Positions 37,577 through 50,984 of a DNA stretch of 64,000 bases are shown here, piece after piece. This DNA is from Macrostomum hystrix. Taxonomy: Eukaryota > Animalia > Platyhelminthes. The stretch is taken from assembly GCA_950097015.1 (NCBI GenBank), contig CATNEN010000026.1, forward strand, positions 434,001-498,000. Reading direction: 5' to 3'. The translations under genes and the position numbers were made by a program. How positions within the stretch are numbered: position 1 is the first letter of the stretch; the number at the start of each line of letters is the position of its first letter. The notes beneath the pieces were generated by a model that saw only the letters and a list, made by a program, of their open reading frames with translations, was not told the origin of the DNA and made no database searches.

Positions 37577-38320
37577 TAACGATTTAAGTCACTAACTAAC
37601 GATTTCAGTTTATAAATAACGATTTCAGTCTCTAAGTAACGCAGGGGTAGGCAAACTTATTTGCTGGCGGGCCAAAGAGAGAGCCTAAAAGACGACAGCG
37701 GGCCGCATTTACTGTTTAAATATGAGATAGGGGAGAGATGAGACACGGGAGAGATGAGACACGGGAGAGATTAGACACAGGAAAGATGGGACACGAGAGA
37801 GATGAGACACGGGAGAGATTAGACACGGGAGAGATGAGACACGGGAGAGATTAGACACGGGAGAGATGAGACACGGGAGAGATTAGACACGAGAGAGATT
37901 AGACACGGGAGAGATTAGACACGGGAGAGATTAGACACCGGAGAGATGAGACACGGGAGAGATGAGACACAGGAGAGATTAGACACGGGAGAGATTAGAC
38001 ACGGGAGAAATTAGACACGGGAGAGATTAGATACGGGAGAGATTAGACACGAGAGAGATTAGACACAGGAGAGATTAGATACGGGAGAGATGAGACGCGA
38101 GAGAGATGAAACAGGACACTGTAGATGTCAGAAGAGGCAACGGGCCGGATTTGGGAGCTTCGAGGGCCGCATCTGGCCCGCGGGCCGGAGTTTGCCGACC
38201 CCTGAAGTAACGATTTAAGTCTCTAACTAACGATTTCAGTTTATAAATAACGATTTCAGTCTCTAAGTAACGATTAAAGTCTCTGATTAACGGTTTCAGT
38301 CTCTCATTAACGATTTCAGA
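37577..38320. repeat. 20-bp tandem repeat (taacgatttcagtctctaag) interrupted by a hAT insertion
   Basis: Units at 37577-37641 and 38205-~38320 flank the transposon. Confidence 0.8.
37642..38204. mobile_element. Non-autonomous hAT element (563 bp) with internal 16-bp minisatellite
   Basis: TIRs caggggtaggcaaact / agtttgccgacccctg, subterminal ggcccgcgggccg motif, and exact 8-bp TSD aagtaacg (37634-41, 38205-12). Confidence 0.9.
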
Positions 38321-39824
38321 GTATAATGAACGAGCCCATTTTTAACGTTAAAGCTCTAGTCCCGTTCCCTTTGTCGTTTCCCATCTAGCAGATGGTCCTC
38401 TTTGTCGTTTCTCTTTTTTGCAGGTAGGACAGTCTATAGTTAACGTGTTCCCTTTGTCCTTCTTATCAGCTGTTACGATTTACTAACATCCGAATTTGGA
38501 GTTTGCAAGAATGTTTTCAAATTCTCACGAGAAGAAAGTTTATTTTTGCTTAGATAATTATTAAGGTAACCGCGTCAACATTGGCCTTGATAAATCTTTC
38601 ACTTATCTTGCCGATGTGAGCACTCCAATACTCAAAGTTAGGGGATTTTTCAGACAACTTCCATATCGCCTCTAGGCTTGTTCACCTTCGCCGTCTCCTT
38701 GCCCGACGACTCTTCAAAAATGTCAGCTCATCAGAGATCCCTCCCCGCGGTCAGACGCCATGTCCCGAAATCCTTAGCAGTTGGGAATTATTAAGATCGG
38801 ATAGGAGCAGATTTAGCATGCGCGGTTCTGTCCTCGCATTCTCGCCTTCTCGCCCTCTCGCCCTCCCATCAAGTCGGCCCTCGACCCAGGCCGAGCCCTG
38901 TTTTCCATCCCGCACAAAGTCGTGGATTGACAAGAAAATTTTTTTTTAACTTCGTCGCGGTTGGGATTAATGCCGCTGTGTGAGGACTCAGCTGCCCTTG
39001 TCTTGTCGAGCTCACACGCTGTGTAACACCCCATACATGCGCACTTCTTTGTGAGTCTCAGGGGCCCCTTAATTCTCCCCTTTACTCTCTTCCCCATTCG
39101 TCGCCAACTCAATCCGAATATTCTCTTGTCAGTTATCTTCGAATTGAGCGGGCCATCACCTACTGATCAGGCAGAAAATCACTGCAAGTCATCGTCTTTT
39201 GATACAAGTAAGATGGGAGGATCAAGGATTTGCATCCTCGCCGCCTCGGAAACAATTGCAATCCCCTAATCTGACAGCTTCTTGACAGCAGATTCCGAAT
39301 TGTCCGTCAATCCTGCTTTGAATCGGGCGGCAGAGATTCTAGTCGCCATGCAAACTGGATTAATAGAGGTTTCTGATTATCCCGTCGTGCTTCTACCCAG
39401 CCTGAGCTTGCATGCCACGCCCTTGGCGCATTTTTTCTCTCTCCTAGAGGAGACGCGAGTGAGCTGCTGCCGGAGTGGTAGTGGTAGACCCCAAGGTAAA
39501 GGTGTGAAGTCGCTCTGCTCTGCTCAAGTTTCTCAGCATCCGTTATGGCTCGCAGCTGGCAGCGCGTTAACGGAAGTGGGTCCAATTTTAGTTTATTTTC
39601 CGTTAAAATTGCCTCACTAAAAGCGCACCTGTTAGCCATGCCACAGCGATTCACGACCCGTGCAGTTCTGTCACGGAAGGCTGGCGAAAATATGGGGGGA
39701 AATGTCTGAAAAATGATGAAATATTGCGCCCAAACCACATATTCTTACTGGCTGAAGCAAAAGTCTTCTTCAGCCCAGACTCAGTGGGTAAAAAATATCT
39801 AATGAGTATATACATGGTATACAC

Positions 39825-40510
39825 TAACTATATACTAACTAACCGTAGACTATTTACAAAGACTAACTAAGCATAGACTATATACAAAGACTAACTAACC
39901 GAAGACTATATACAAAGCTAACTAAGCATAGACTATATACAAAGACTAACTAACCGTAGACTATATACAAAGACTAACTAACCATAGACTATATACAAAG
40001 ACTAACTGACCGTAGACTATATAAAAAGACTAACTAACCATAGACTATATACAAAGCTAACTAAGCATAGACTATTTACAAAGACTAACTAACCATAGAC
40101 TATATACAAAGACAAACTAACCGTAGACTATATACAAAGACTAACTAACCATAGACTATATACAAAGACAAACTAACCGTAGACTATATACAAAGACTAA
40201 CTAACCATAGACTATTTACAAAGACTAACTAACCGAAGACTATATACAAAGCTAACTAAGCATAGACTATTTACAAAGACTAACTAATCATAGACTATAT
40301 ACAAAGACTAACTAACCGTAGACTATATAAAAAGACTAACTAACCATAGGCTATATACAAAGCTAACTAAGCATAGACTATTTACAAAGACTAACTAACC
40401 GAAGACTATATACAAAGACTAACTAACCATAGACTATATACAAAGACTAACTAACCGAAGACTATATACAAAGCTAACTAAGCATAGACTATTTACAAAG
40501 ACTAACCATA
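39825..40510. repeat. 28-29-bp minisatellite (agactatatacaaagactaactaaccat)
   Basis: About 24 copies. Confidence 0.93.
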
Positions 40511-40739
40511 GGCTAACCATAAACTTTCCATGTTGAAAATTTATCAAATCTAAGAAATATGACCCTCACAAGTTACACGCTTATCCCTCTCGCCCTCCTT
40601 AGCTCCCCTAATCAGGCTGCCATTGTGGCACACTTCCTTGCGGCCCTGCGAAGCGTATTAACTAAGACCGAAGCGAAAATCTGATCAATCTATGCGAGAC
40701 AGAGAAACAGCCAACTAGAGAGAAATCTGATAAGTACCG

Positions 40740-40850
40740 AGCTTCAAGACAAAGTCCGCATTTGTAAGACTTCCACCCTCTAACGATGCCAGAGCGTCGG
40801 CGGGTGCGGGTCCCGGCCGGCGAGTGTGTTTTATCCTTGGTCACAAACTT
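40740..40850 (+). mobile_element. Possible decayed tRNA-derived SINE head
   Basis: gcgggtgcgggtcccggccggcg resembles a B-box/T-arm and is followed by gtgttttatccttgg; the A-box is poor. Confidence 0.3.
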
Positions 40851-41384
40851 TCTCAAATGCTCATTATCAGACACGCCCAACTTAAAAGAAAGAACATATC
40901 TATTCCACAAGCCAGTGTGCAATTCTCAATCACCGACAGCTTCTAAGGGGATTAGAGGGCTAGTTTTTACAGGACTGGATTTCGATGCTTCTGTGTGTGT
41001 GCTTTTGTGTGCTTCCTCAAACTGCCGGACAGTATAATGCCGAATCGCTCTATTAGATCTTCTTAATCATTGCTTGGACTGTCTGTCGGATTAGTTACTC
41101 AATCTGAAAATGTGTTGTCAAGCTTAGATTTTCAGTTCCTTTACCGGTCCGATTTTATAATTAGTGTCATAGTAAGTGTTCTCTTTTATCAACCCTTATA
41201 TGTACCTGATTATCCTTCTGATGCTTAGGGTAGAAGTAAAAGTAACATAGTTTTCTTAAACTAATATTTTTATTATAAAAATGGCAGTTCTGGTCAAACT
41301 TAGCAAAAATGATTCATAGATTCACCTCGTCCTTCTTCAAATGTCTTTTAATTCACTTTCCTTTCACTCTCTATTTCTTCCTTC

Positions 41385-41900
41385 TCCCTAAACCCCTTCC
41401 CTCCGCCTCACTTCCCTCACCTCCCTTCCCTCACCTCCCATTCTCTACCTCCCTTCCTCCACCTCCCTACCTCCACCTCCCTTCCCCCCACCTCCCTTCC
41501 TCCACCTCCCTTCCTCCACCTCCATTCCTCCACCTCCCTTCCTCCACCTACCTTCCTCCAACTCTCTTCTTCTACCCCCTTCCTCCACCTCCCTTCCTCT
41601 ACCCCCTTCTTCCACCTCTCTTCTTCTACCCCTTCCTCCACCTCCCTTCCTCCACCTCCCTTCCTCCACCTCCCTTCCTCCACCTACCTTCCTCCAACTC
41701 TCTTCTTCTACCCCCTTCCTCCACCTCCCTTCCTCTACCCCCTTCTTCCACCTCTCTTCTTCTACCCCTTCCTCCACCTCCCTACCTCCACCTCCCTTCC
41801 TCCACCTCCCTTCCTCCACCTCCCTTCCTCTACCCCCTTCTTCCACCTCTCTTCTTCTACCCCCTTCTTCCATCCTCTTCCTCCACGTCCCTTCCCCCAT
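41385..41900. repeat. Polypyrimidine low-complexity repeat (~14-bp ccttcctccacctc)
   Basis: Nearly G-free plus strand. Confidence 0.9.
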
Positions 41901-42639
41901 CCCAGTATCTCACTCCCAAATCTTTAATTTAGTTGCTGTTCCTTTCTGACATTGTGTGTACCGTTAATGGGTACACTATTTGACATTATGATGTAGTTTA
42001 TTGTTACAATACAAACGGTAATCTTTTGTGATGAATGAGAATACGAGGTAAATTTCCATTCTAATTCTTTCATTTCTTACTTACTGGAGTGCATTCAAAA
42101 GCAGGCAAATATTCTACAAAATAGGACTATTTATAAATACAAAAAATCCTAAAAACACCTCTATTCATTTCATGGAATTATGGAACATATGCACAGCTAT
42201 GTAGTAACCATTTTTAGGTATTAGAAATCAGAATATACTCAAGTAGTAATCCTTCTGTAATGAATTACTTTGAGCCTGATTTGTAAATGTACTTTCTTAT
42301 CAGATCCCAGACTACAGTGCCAAAAATAATGACATACTTAAATTTAAAATTTACTTTTCTGTTGCAAAATTTCATTTTCTAGTGGGAGTAATTGAGACTG
42401 ATGAGCGAGATAAATTTAAACTTGTTGGAGTGTATTGAAATCGTTTTGCACTTTTCTCGCAAGTTAGAATCGCATGTGTTGCATAGCAACGCGCGCAGTA
42501 TCCTATAATTGTGGCGGCGCACTTGATGCTGGAATACTGCGAGCGTGCCTTACTGAACGAATATTCGATGTGCTACACACTAGTTTCTATAATGCATCAA
42601 ATATTCTATGGAATGAAAGAGAGAATCACGAATCACGAA

Positions 42640-45600
42640 TCACGGAGTGACTGGGGGAGTGAATCGTGGAGTGACTGGAGGAGTGAATCACAGAGTGCCT
42701 GGAGGAGTGAATCGTGAAGTGACTGGAGGAGTGAATCGTAGAGTGACTGGAGGAGTGAATCGTGAAGTGACTGGAGGAGTGAATCGTAGAGTGACTGGAG
42801 GAGTGAATCGTGGAGTGACTGGAGGAGTGAATCGTGGAGTGACTGGAGGAGTGAATCGTGAAGTGACTGGAGGAGTGAATCATGGAGTGACTGGAAGAGT
42901 GAATCGTGGAGTGACTGGAGGAGTGAATCGTGGAGTGACTGGAGGAGTGAATCGTGAAGTGACTGGAGGAGTGAATCATGGAGTGCCTGGAGGAGTGAAT
43001 CGTGAAGTGACTGGAGGAGTGAATCGTAGAGTGACTGGAAGAGTGAATCGTGGAGTGCCTGGAGGAGTGAATCGTGGAGTGACTGGAGGAGTGAATCGTG
43101 GAGTGACTGGAGGAGTGAATCGTGGAGTGACTGGAGGAGTGAATCGTGGAGTGACTGGAAGAGTGAATCGTGGAGTGACTGGAGGAGTGAATCGTGGAGT
43201 GACTGGAGGAGTGAATCGTGAAGTGACTGGAGGAGTGAATCATGGAGTGCCTGGAGGAGTGAATCGTGAAGTGACTGGAGGAGTGAATCGTAGAGTGACT
43301 GGAAGAGTGAATCGTGGAGTGCCTGGAGGAGTGAATCGTGGAGTGACTGGAGGAGTGAATCGTGGAGTGACTGGAGGAGTGAATCGTGGAGTGACTGGAG
43401 GAGTGAATCGTGGAGTGACTGGAGGAGTGAATCGTGAAGTGACTGGAGGAGTGAATCATGGAGTGACTGGAAGAGTGAATCGTGGAGTGACTGGAGGAGT
43501 GAATCGTGAAGTGACTGGAGGAGTGAATCATGGAGTGCCTGGAGGAGTGAATCGTGGAGTGACTGGAGGAGTGAATCATGGAGTGCCTGGAGGAGTGAAT
43601 CATGGAGTGCCTGGAGGAGTGAATCATGGAGTGCCTGGAGGAGTGAATCATGGAGTGCCTGGAGGAGTGAATCATGGAGTGCCTGGAGGAGTGAATCATG
43701 GAGTGCCTGGAGGAGTGAATCGTGAAGTGACTGGAGGAGTGAATCATGGAGTGCCTGGAGGAGTGAATCGTGGAGTGACTGGAGGAGTGAATCATGGAGT
43801 GACTGGAAGAGTGAATCGTGAAGTGACTGGAGGAGTGAATCGTGGAGTGACTGGAGGAGTGAATCATGGAGTGACTGGAAGAGTGAATCGTGGAGTGACT
43901 GGAGGAGTGAATCATGGAGTGCCTGGAGGAGTGAATCGTGAATTGCCTGGAGGAGTGAATCGTGAAGTGACTGGAGGAGTGAATCGTGAAGTGACTGGAG
44001 GAGTGAATCGTGAAGTGACTGGAGGAGTGAATCGTAGAGTGACTGGAAGAGTGAATCGTGGAGTGCCTGGAGGAGTGAATCGTGGAGTGACTGGAGGAGT
44101 GAATCGTGGAGTGACTGGAGGAGTGAATCGTGGAGTGACTGGAGGAGTGAATCGTGGAGTGACTGGAAGAGTGAATCGTGGAGTGACTGGAGGAGTGAAT
44201 CGTGGAGTGACTGGAGGAGTGAATCGTGAAGTGACTGGAGGAGTGAATCATGGAGTGCCTGGAGGAGTGAATCGTGAAGTGACTGGAGGAGTGAATCGTA
44301 GAGTGACTGGAAGAGTGAATCGTGGAGTGCCTGGAGGAGTGAATCGTGGAGTGACTGGAGGAGTGAATCGTGGAGTGACTGGAGAAGTGAATCGTGGAGT
44401 GACTGGAGGAGTGAATCGTGGAGTGACTGGAGGAGTGAATCGTGAAGTGACTGGAGGAGTGAATCATGGAGTGACTGGAAGAGTGAATCGTGGAGTGACT
44501 GGAGGAGTGAATCGTGAAGTGACTGGAGGAGTGAATCATGGAGTGCCTGGAGGAGTGAATCGTGGAGTGACTGGAGGAGTGAATCATGGAGTGCCTGGAG
44601 GAGTGAATCATGGAGTGCCTGGAGGAGTGAATCATGGAGTGCCTGGAGGAGTGAATCATGGAGTGCCTGGAGGAGTGAATCATGGAGTGCCTGGAGGAGT
44701 GAATCATGGAGTGCCTGGAGGAGTGAATCGTGAAGTGACTGGAGGAGTGAATCATGGAGTGCCTGGAGGAGTGAATCGTGGAGTGACTGGAGGAGTGAAT
44801 CATGGAGTGACTGGAAGAGTGAATCGTGAAGTGACTGGAGGAGTGAATCGTGGAGTGACTGGAGGAGTGAATCATGGAGTGACTGGAAGAGTGAATCGTG
44901 AAGTGACTGGAGGAGTGAATCGTGGAGTGCCTGGAGGAGTGAATCGTGAAGTGACTGGAGGAGTGAATCGTGGAGTGACTGGAGGAGTGAATCGTGAAGT
45001 GACTGGAGGAGTGAATCGTGGAGTGACTGGAGGAGTGAATCATGGAGTGCCTGGAGGAGTGAATCATGGAGTGCCTGGAGGAGTGAATCATGGAGTGCCT
45101 GGAGGAGTGAATCGTGAAGTGACTGGAGGAGTGAATCGTAGAGTGACTGGAAGAGTGAATCGTGGAGTGCCTGGAGGAGTGAATCGTGGAGTGACTGGAG
45201 GAGTGAATCATGGAGTGCCTGGAGGAGTGAATCGTGAAGTGACTGGAGGAGTGAATCGTGGAGTGCCTGGAGGAGTGAATCGTGAAGTGACTGGAGGAGT
45301 GAATCGTAGAGTGACTGGAAGAGTGAATCGTGGAGTGACTGGAGGAGTGAATCGTGAAGTGACTGGAGGAGTGAATCATGGAGTGCCTGGAGGAGTGAAT
45401 CGTGTAGTGACTGGAGGAGTGAATCGTAGAGTGACTGGAAGAGTGAATCGTGGAGTGCCTGGAGGAGTGAATCGTGGAGTGACTGGAGGAGTGAATCGTG
45501 GAGTGACTGGAGGAGTGAATCGTGGAGTGACTGGAGGAGTGAATCGTGAAGTGACTGGAGGAGTGAATCGTGGAGTGACTGGAGGAGTGAATCGTGAAGT

Positions 45601-45772
45601 GACTGGAGGAGTGAATCATGGAGTGCCTGGAGGAGTGAATCGTGAAGTGACTGGAGGAGTGAATCGTGAAGTGACTGGAGGAGTGAATCGTAGAGTGACT
45701 GGAAGAGTGAATCGTGGAGTGCCTGGAGGAGTGAATCGTAGAGTGACTGGAGGAGTGAATCGTGGAGTGAAT
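42640..45772. repeat. 24-bp minisatellite (ggagtgactggaggagtgaatcgt), ~130 copies, in protocadherin intron 4
   Basis: Explains three >1000-aa 8-aa-periodic ORFs. Confidence 0.97.
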
Positions 45773-45855
45773 CAAGTAGTGAGTCGTCGGTTAATTGAAA
45801 AGGATGATAAAATGAACGGATCGAGTGAACACTGACAACTGAGTGAACCACTTAC

Positions 45856-48800
45856 GTCGCCGGGAGAACTTGTAGTCATCATTGGCAGCAGTAGCAGCAG
45901 CAGCAGCAGAGGAGCCGTTGGTTGAAAAGGCCTGCCTCCGCTGCAGTACAAAAAGCAGCACGCAGACCAGCAGCAGCAGCAGCAGGCCTGTCAGAGCTAT
46001 CAGCGCCGTGACCACCGCGGTGCTCAGGGAAGTCTGGATGAACGGCAAATTGCATGAGTGTATCCCTAGTTATCCCTAGTTAACCCAAAATAATCCGTAA
46101 TAATCCCTGTGGTGCCAGGGCACTGAGGTCATATTAGATACCCCGTCTCTCTCTCTCCCTCTCTCTCTTGCTATTGGCTGGCGAGCCACACTCTCTCAAT
46201 TCCCTCTCTCCCTAATGTACATCCCGACTAGTCTGCTTATCTTATTCACATGTGCTTGTAAGTCGCTTGTATTTAAACCAACACACTGGAATTGACGGTA
46301 TGACAATCCCTAGTTATTCCTAGTTATTCCTAGTCATCCCTAGTCATCCCTAGTAATCCCTAGTAATCCCTAATCTTCCTGTCACTCCTCACATAGGATC
46401 GACCGCCTCCACCGCCTCCGCCACCGCCGACACTGTCGAAGCCGCTAGCCAGCTCCTTCGGCGGCACGTCCTCCACTGTCAGGAAAAAAACCACCCCAGC
46501 CTCCAGACTGGGCACGCCGCAGTCGGCCGCCCGCAGCTCCAGACGGTGGCTGCCGAGGTCGCCGGGCGTAGACAGTCGCCTAGCAACCAACAGTCGGCCA
46601 GTGTCGGCCAGTACGCGGAAGGCCGGCGCAGGCGCCGACGCTGCTGACGCGGCCGCCACAGATCGGCCACCGGCATCGCTGCCGAGAGTGTCAACGTTGG
46701 ACAGAATCGTCGTGGCCGGTGGAGTCTGCGCCAGGCTGTAGCGAACTCGAGCATTGTCACCCTCGTCTCGATCCTTGGCAACCGCCTGCAGCACTAGCGA
46801 ATTCGGCAGCTCGTGCATCGACACCGAGTAGTTGCCCCCGGCGAAGGGGAAGATGAACTGCGGCTGGCAGTCGTTGCGGTCCACAATGTGAACGGTGACG
46901 AGGGTGGACGAAGTCAAGCTCGGCATGCCGTGGTCGCGCGCGAAGATGCGGAATGTGTGACTGGCCTTGAAGTGTTTTAGGTTTCGAAGTTTCATTACAG
47001 CTTACCGTCTATTACATATTGAAGGAATGTCACCTTGACTGAATACCTGACTGAGTTCGCCAGTTATCCCCCAGTGACTGACCTGAACCTCCCGATCGAA
47101 GCTGCGCCTGGCCACCACGTGACCGTCCTCGGCCACCTGAAAGTCCTTCTGGTCGCCGCCGTAGAATGTCACCCGACCGCCCTCGTTCAAGTCGGGATCG
47201 GAGCAGTGCACGGGGCCCAGACGAATGCCTGGCGGCCCGTTCTCCTCGACGGAGAAGTCCACACTGGCCGGCAGAACCGGGGCAACGTCGTTGACGTCGC
47301 GAATGTTAATGAAGACTGTGGCGGTGGCCGAGAATTGAAAGTTCGGCCCGTGGTCGTGTGCCACAACTAGCAAGGTGAGGCTGGCCCGACTCTCCCTGTC
47401 CAATGGCTGTGTGAGGCTCAGCAACCCGGTCCCTTTGTCCACTTGAAAGTTCCGCATCTCCGGCACCGACGATAACGACGAGTCTCGCAGGATGAAGTAG
47501 CCGATACGGGCGTTCTCGCCGGCGTCGTTGTCAACAGCGGTGAGGTTGGCCACGGGCCGACCTGTGGGAGTGTCCTCAGGCAGCTCCACATAGACATGTT
47601 TCTGCACGAAGCTGGGCTCGTTATCATTGTCGTCCTCGACCTGGACGGTGAGGCTCTGCCGTGTCTCGAGGCCGCCGCCGTCGACGCAGGCAATCACCAC
47701 CGGGTAGGCGTCCCGGTTCTCCCGGTCTAGATGCATCCGGGTGACGAGCTGGAACAGCTTCAGCCTGGCGTCGTACTCGCTCACCTCGAACTCGGCGTCT
47801 GATCCGGCGTCCAGGCGACAGCGGACGCTACCGTTGACGCCAGCGTCGTCGTCCTTGACAGTGAAAGAGGTGACAACGGTGCCGCGCGGCCGGTTCTCCA
47901 GGACGCCCGGGCGTTGGCTGGAGAGCCCGATGAGCGGCTCGCAGTCGTTGACGTCAAGGATGCGCACGCGGACGGTGGCAACGCTGGTCTTCGCGGCCGG
48001 GACTCCGCCGTCATAGGCGCGCACCTGCGAATGTGGGATCGAGGGGCGGGCTTGTTTTGTAGACAGAAGTTTCATTTTATTAAAAAGTGCCTTCCGCGAG
48101 ATTTTCCTACTCTCTAACTGCTATTTGAGTTGTAATTGAGCACGGATTAAAATGATAACATAGACATGCCTATAGGAGTACACTCTGAGCTATGCTCTCA
48201 GTTGATTAAACTCAGCCCAGATGCATTACATCAAATAACTTTGTCAAAAATTTATCGGCTACGCTGCTCTACCCGAAGAAGCAGACAAGAATAACAACTA
48301 CTATAATTGTTGTTCCAGCTCGTACTCAGGTCAAATAAGTAAGAAAGTTTATTTTGCTCAAAACAGCCAATGGACAAACCTGGAACCGCAGCTCAGCCAG
48401 TTGTTCGCGATCCACCGGCCTCTCCAATGCCACCCGACCGTCCTCCGGCCCGACGCTGACGTACCGACGGACCTCGGCTGGCGAGTTGGCAGCCAGCTGA
48501 TAGCGAACTCGGCCGTTCTCACCGGCGTCGGCGTCGACGGCGCGAACTCGGAGCAGCTCGCGAACAGGCGGCGAGTTCTCAACCAGGTTGACCGTGTAAG
48601 TCTCATTGTCAAACACGGGAAAGCAGTCGTTAGCGTCGGTCACGGCAACGCTCAAATCCAGACGACCGACGCGACGCTGTTCGCCGAAATCCGTAGCGGT
48701 GATTCGCAGCTTGTAGGCCGCCACGCGTTCGCGATCCAGCTCGCCAGCCAAGGTGAGGAACACCTGCGTCTGCGAGTCGCTGTCCACTCGGAACGGACAA

Positions 48801-49402
48801 TCGCCGCCGCCTTCGGCCTCGATGGCGTAGGCGACGCGACCGTTTCGCCCGCTGTCGGCGTCCAAAGCGTGCGGCACCGTCTTGCGCGTGCCAGGCGGGT
48901 CGCTCTCACTGAACTGGACCGCGTGACGCGACGGTTCAAACACTGGCGAATGGTCATTCACGTCCAGGATGAAGATGCGCACTGTGAATATGCGAAACAC
49001 GTCTTCGTAGGGCCGGAGGATGCAGCTCAAGGTTACGTGACAGTCGGTCTGGCCGGTCTCCGGGCAGAGGGTCTCGCGGTCGAGGCGACGGGTCAGCATC
49101 AGCTCGTGCCTCACCGGCCGGCTATCGACGCGTCTCACCTGGAAATGCTTCAGGTACTGGTCCCTGCCGCTGAGGAATTCCACCTCCTTGTCAGCCAGCT
49201 GGTCGACGGTGTAGAACCGCAGCAGCTGAAGATCAGCCGTCAGATCTCCAATCAGCTGCGGCCCATCGGTCTCTTCTGCGATCGAGTAGCTGACATTGAA
49301 CTTACTGGTCTCCGGAGAGGCTGCAAGGGCAACGGCGGCCTGTACACCGCCCGCAGTCAGGTGCAGCAGAAGGAGCAGCAGCGGCCGCGGTGAGACTGTC
49401 AT
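45856..49402 (-). CDS. Protocadherin with 7 cadherin repeats (delta-1-like architecture); exons 49402-48380, 48024-47083, 46965-46393, 46033-45856, then continues downstream
   Basis: Signal peptide MTVSPRPLLLLLLHL; EC1 with LDRETLC-x5-C; linkers DVNDHSP, DANDCFP, DVNDCEP, DDNDNEP, DVNDVAP, DRNDCQP, then VEDVPP; TM ALIALTGLLLLLLVCVLLFVL. Phase-0 GT-AG junctions. An in-frame upstream ATG at 49447 is an alternative start. Confidence 0.93.
46300..46372. repeat. 10-bp repeat (tccctagtca/tta) in protocadherin intron 3
   Basis: About 7 copies, plus 2 related copies at ~46070-46080 near the other end of the intron. Confidence 0.75.
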
Positions 49403-49554
49403 CGGCCGTCTATTCGTCGGTGATCGCTGGTTCGAACGCTGCTGCATTCTGTTGGAGCGACGCCAATCGATAAGAATTTGAGCAGGCAAACGGGAGTCGG
49501 CTTGCAGAGTCAACAGGCGGGGCTTGAGGTCTCCGCCTTCTCAGGCAGCCTGCG

Positions 49555-49590
49555 TTAACTGTGCGGATTGGGCGGGCCTTTATAGGAAGC
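49555..49590 (-). promoter_or_regulatory. Candidate TATA/Inr core promoter of the protocadherin
   Basis: Minus strand reads cctataaaggcccgcccaatccgcacagtt: TATAAA at 49584-49579 and an Inr-like CAGTT ~24 nt downstream, ~150 nt before the ATG. The spacing is slightly short. Confidence 0.3.
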
Positions 49591-50984
49591 AAAATCTCTT
49601 CCCCCCTCAGCGGTCAGTTGTCAAGTTAACTCCCTGCCGTCTCTATTTTCAGACCGGACAGCTGAACTGATTGACTGGCGTGAAATCTATGCCCGAAGGT
49701 GGGAACTTTTTTTTTAATTAGGGGCGCGCAGGTTTTTGGTCGACCCGGTAAGCGGTGTCGCGACCGCGGGATGCCGGCTTGTCCGGTGGGTTGGGCGGCT
49801 AGAGTGAAGGATTTAGCCGGCAGGAATTAGCTCAGTAGCCTGCGCAGCAGGTGCGGCCTTGAATAACGGCAGGTGCGGACTGGGCGGCTGTGGGTGGAGT
49901 CCGGCAGTGTTTAAAGCCGGGGTTAAGAACGAAAGAATGAATGGGTGGGCAGGGTGTGTGTGGTGTTGGATGCCGAAACCAGCCCCGGTGGTTGGTCAAG
50001 AGTGAAAGACCTGCCACCGGATCATTTGTTGAAAGGTTGGCACCCGCGGAGTCTCCGTACCTTTCAAGCTAAAAAAACTAACTCTTCCCAATCTGCATTT
50101 TTTCTCCCTAAGGCTGAAAGTCGTTGAAACTCCGCGCCGGTTTAAGAGGCTGTGGAAATCTATAAGGGCCTCCCATTCATCTCTCTTTCTTCTCTCTTAC
50201 TTTGTGCTTTTCAAGAGCACTTCTGTGCCAATAACGCCACTTATTACTTACGTCGCAGAGACGCAGGTGTTGTGCAAGGGACCGCTTGACCGCTGACAGA
50301 ACTTGCTGCTGCTAGCTGGACGTTCAAGAGTTGGTCCTAAAGCGGCCTGTCAGATTATGTTACCAAATTCTCGGCCTGTTTGGTTCTGTTTCAGCTGCTG
50401 GTAGTTGGCGCTGCTGGTCAACTTGTGGTGCATAGTACAGAACGTAAAATTACTATATGGCCCTCTTCTGCGTAAGCGGCAGTGCTATATCTTGCCGTAG
50501 CTGTGGGCGGCTATAGATATGAACTACTAGCCCCTGAAGCTTGTGCGATTGGTCCGATGGCCACTGGCGAATAGAATAGCAACTGTTCTCTTCAGGGCTG
50601 GCTATGACTGAAAGAAGACTTTGAAGACGATCTTAAAGGTGCGCGGATTCATTGACAGGAATTCATGAGTGGGGATTCTCAGAGACTAGGTCTAGGCACC
50701 GGATAACTAAGAGACTATTCTAACAAGGAGTCTCATAATCAATATCGGGATAAGGATTCTGAAAGAGGATTAATATTATTGGGATTTATTCCAATATGAG
50801 TTTCTAAGAGGGGATTACAAAACGGAACTCTGAGTAGCTCTTTTTTAGTGGGGATTACCTGAATGGGATTTTTGGTTGCGATTAGTGTTATTGGGATCTT
50901 TAGCAGGGATTGACGAATTAGATTTTCAATTAGCTTAATGAGGTTTTATTTAGGTTTTTTTGTTGGGATTTTTAATCACGACTA

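Noticed and set aside
38600-39750. Mid-GC segment with several short ORFs
   Set aside because: No recognisable motif or consistent frame; possibly a decayed transposon, not callable by eye.
42626-45851. Three ORFs over 1000 aa
   Set aside because: Pure translations of a 24-bp tandem repeat inside an intron; no splice or start context.
48358-49481. Antisense and alternative-frame ORFs over the protocadherin, INTS5, CDC7 and KLF exons
   Set aside because: Expected by-products of GC-rich coding sequence; no recognisable domains.
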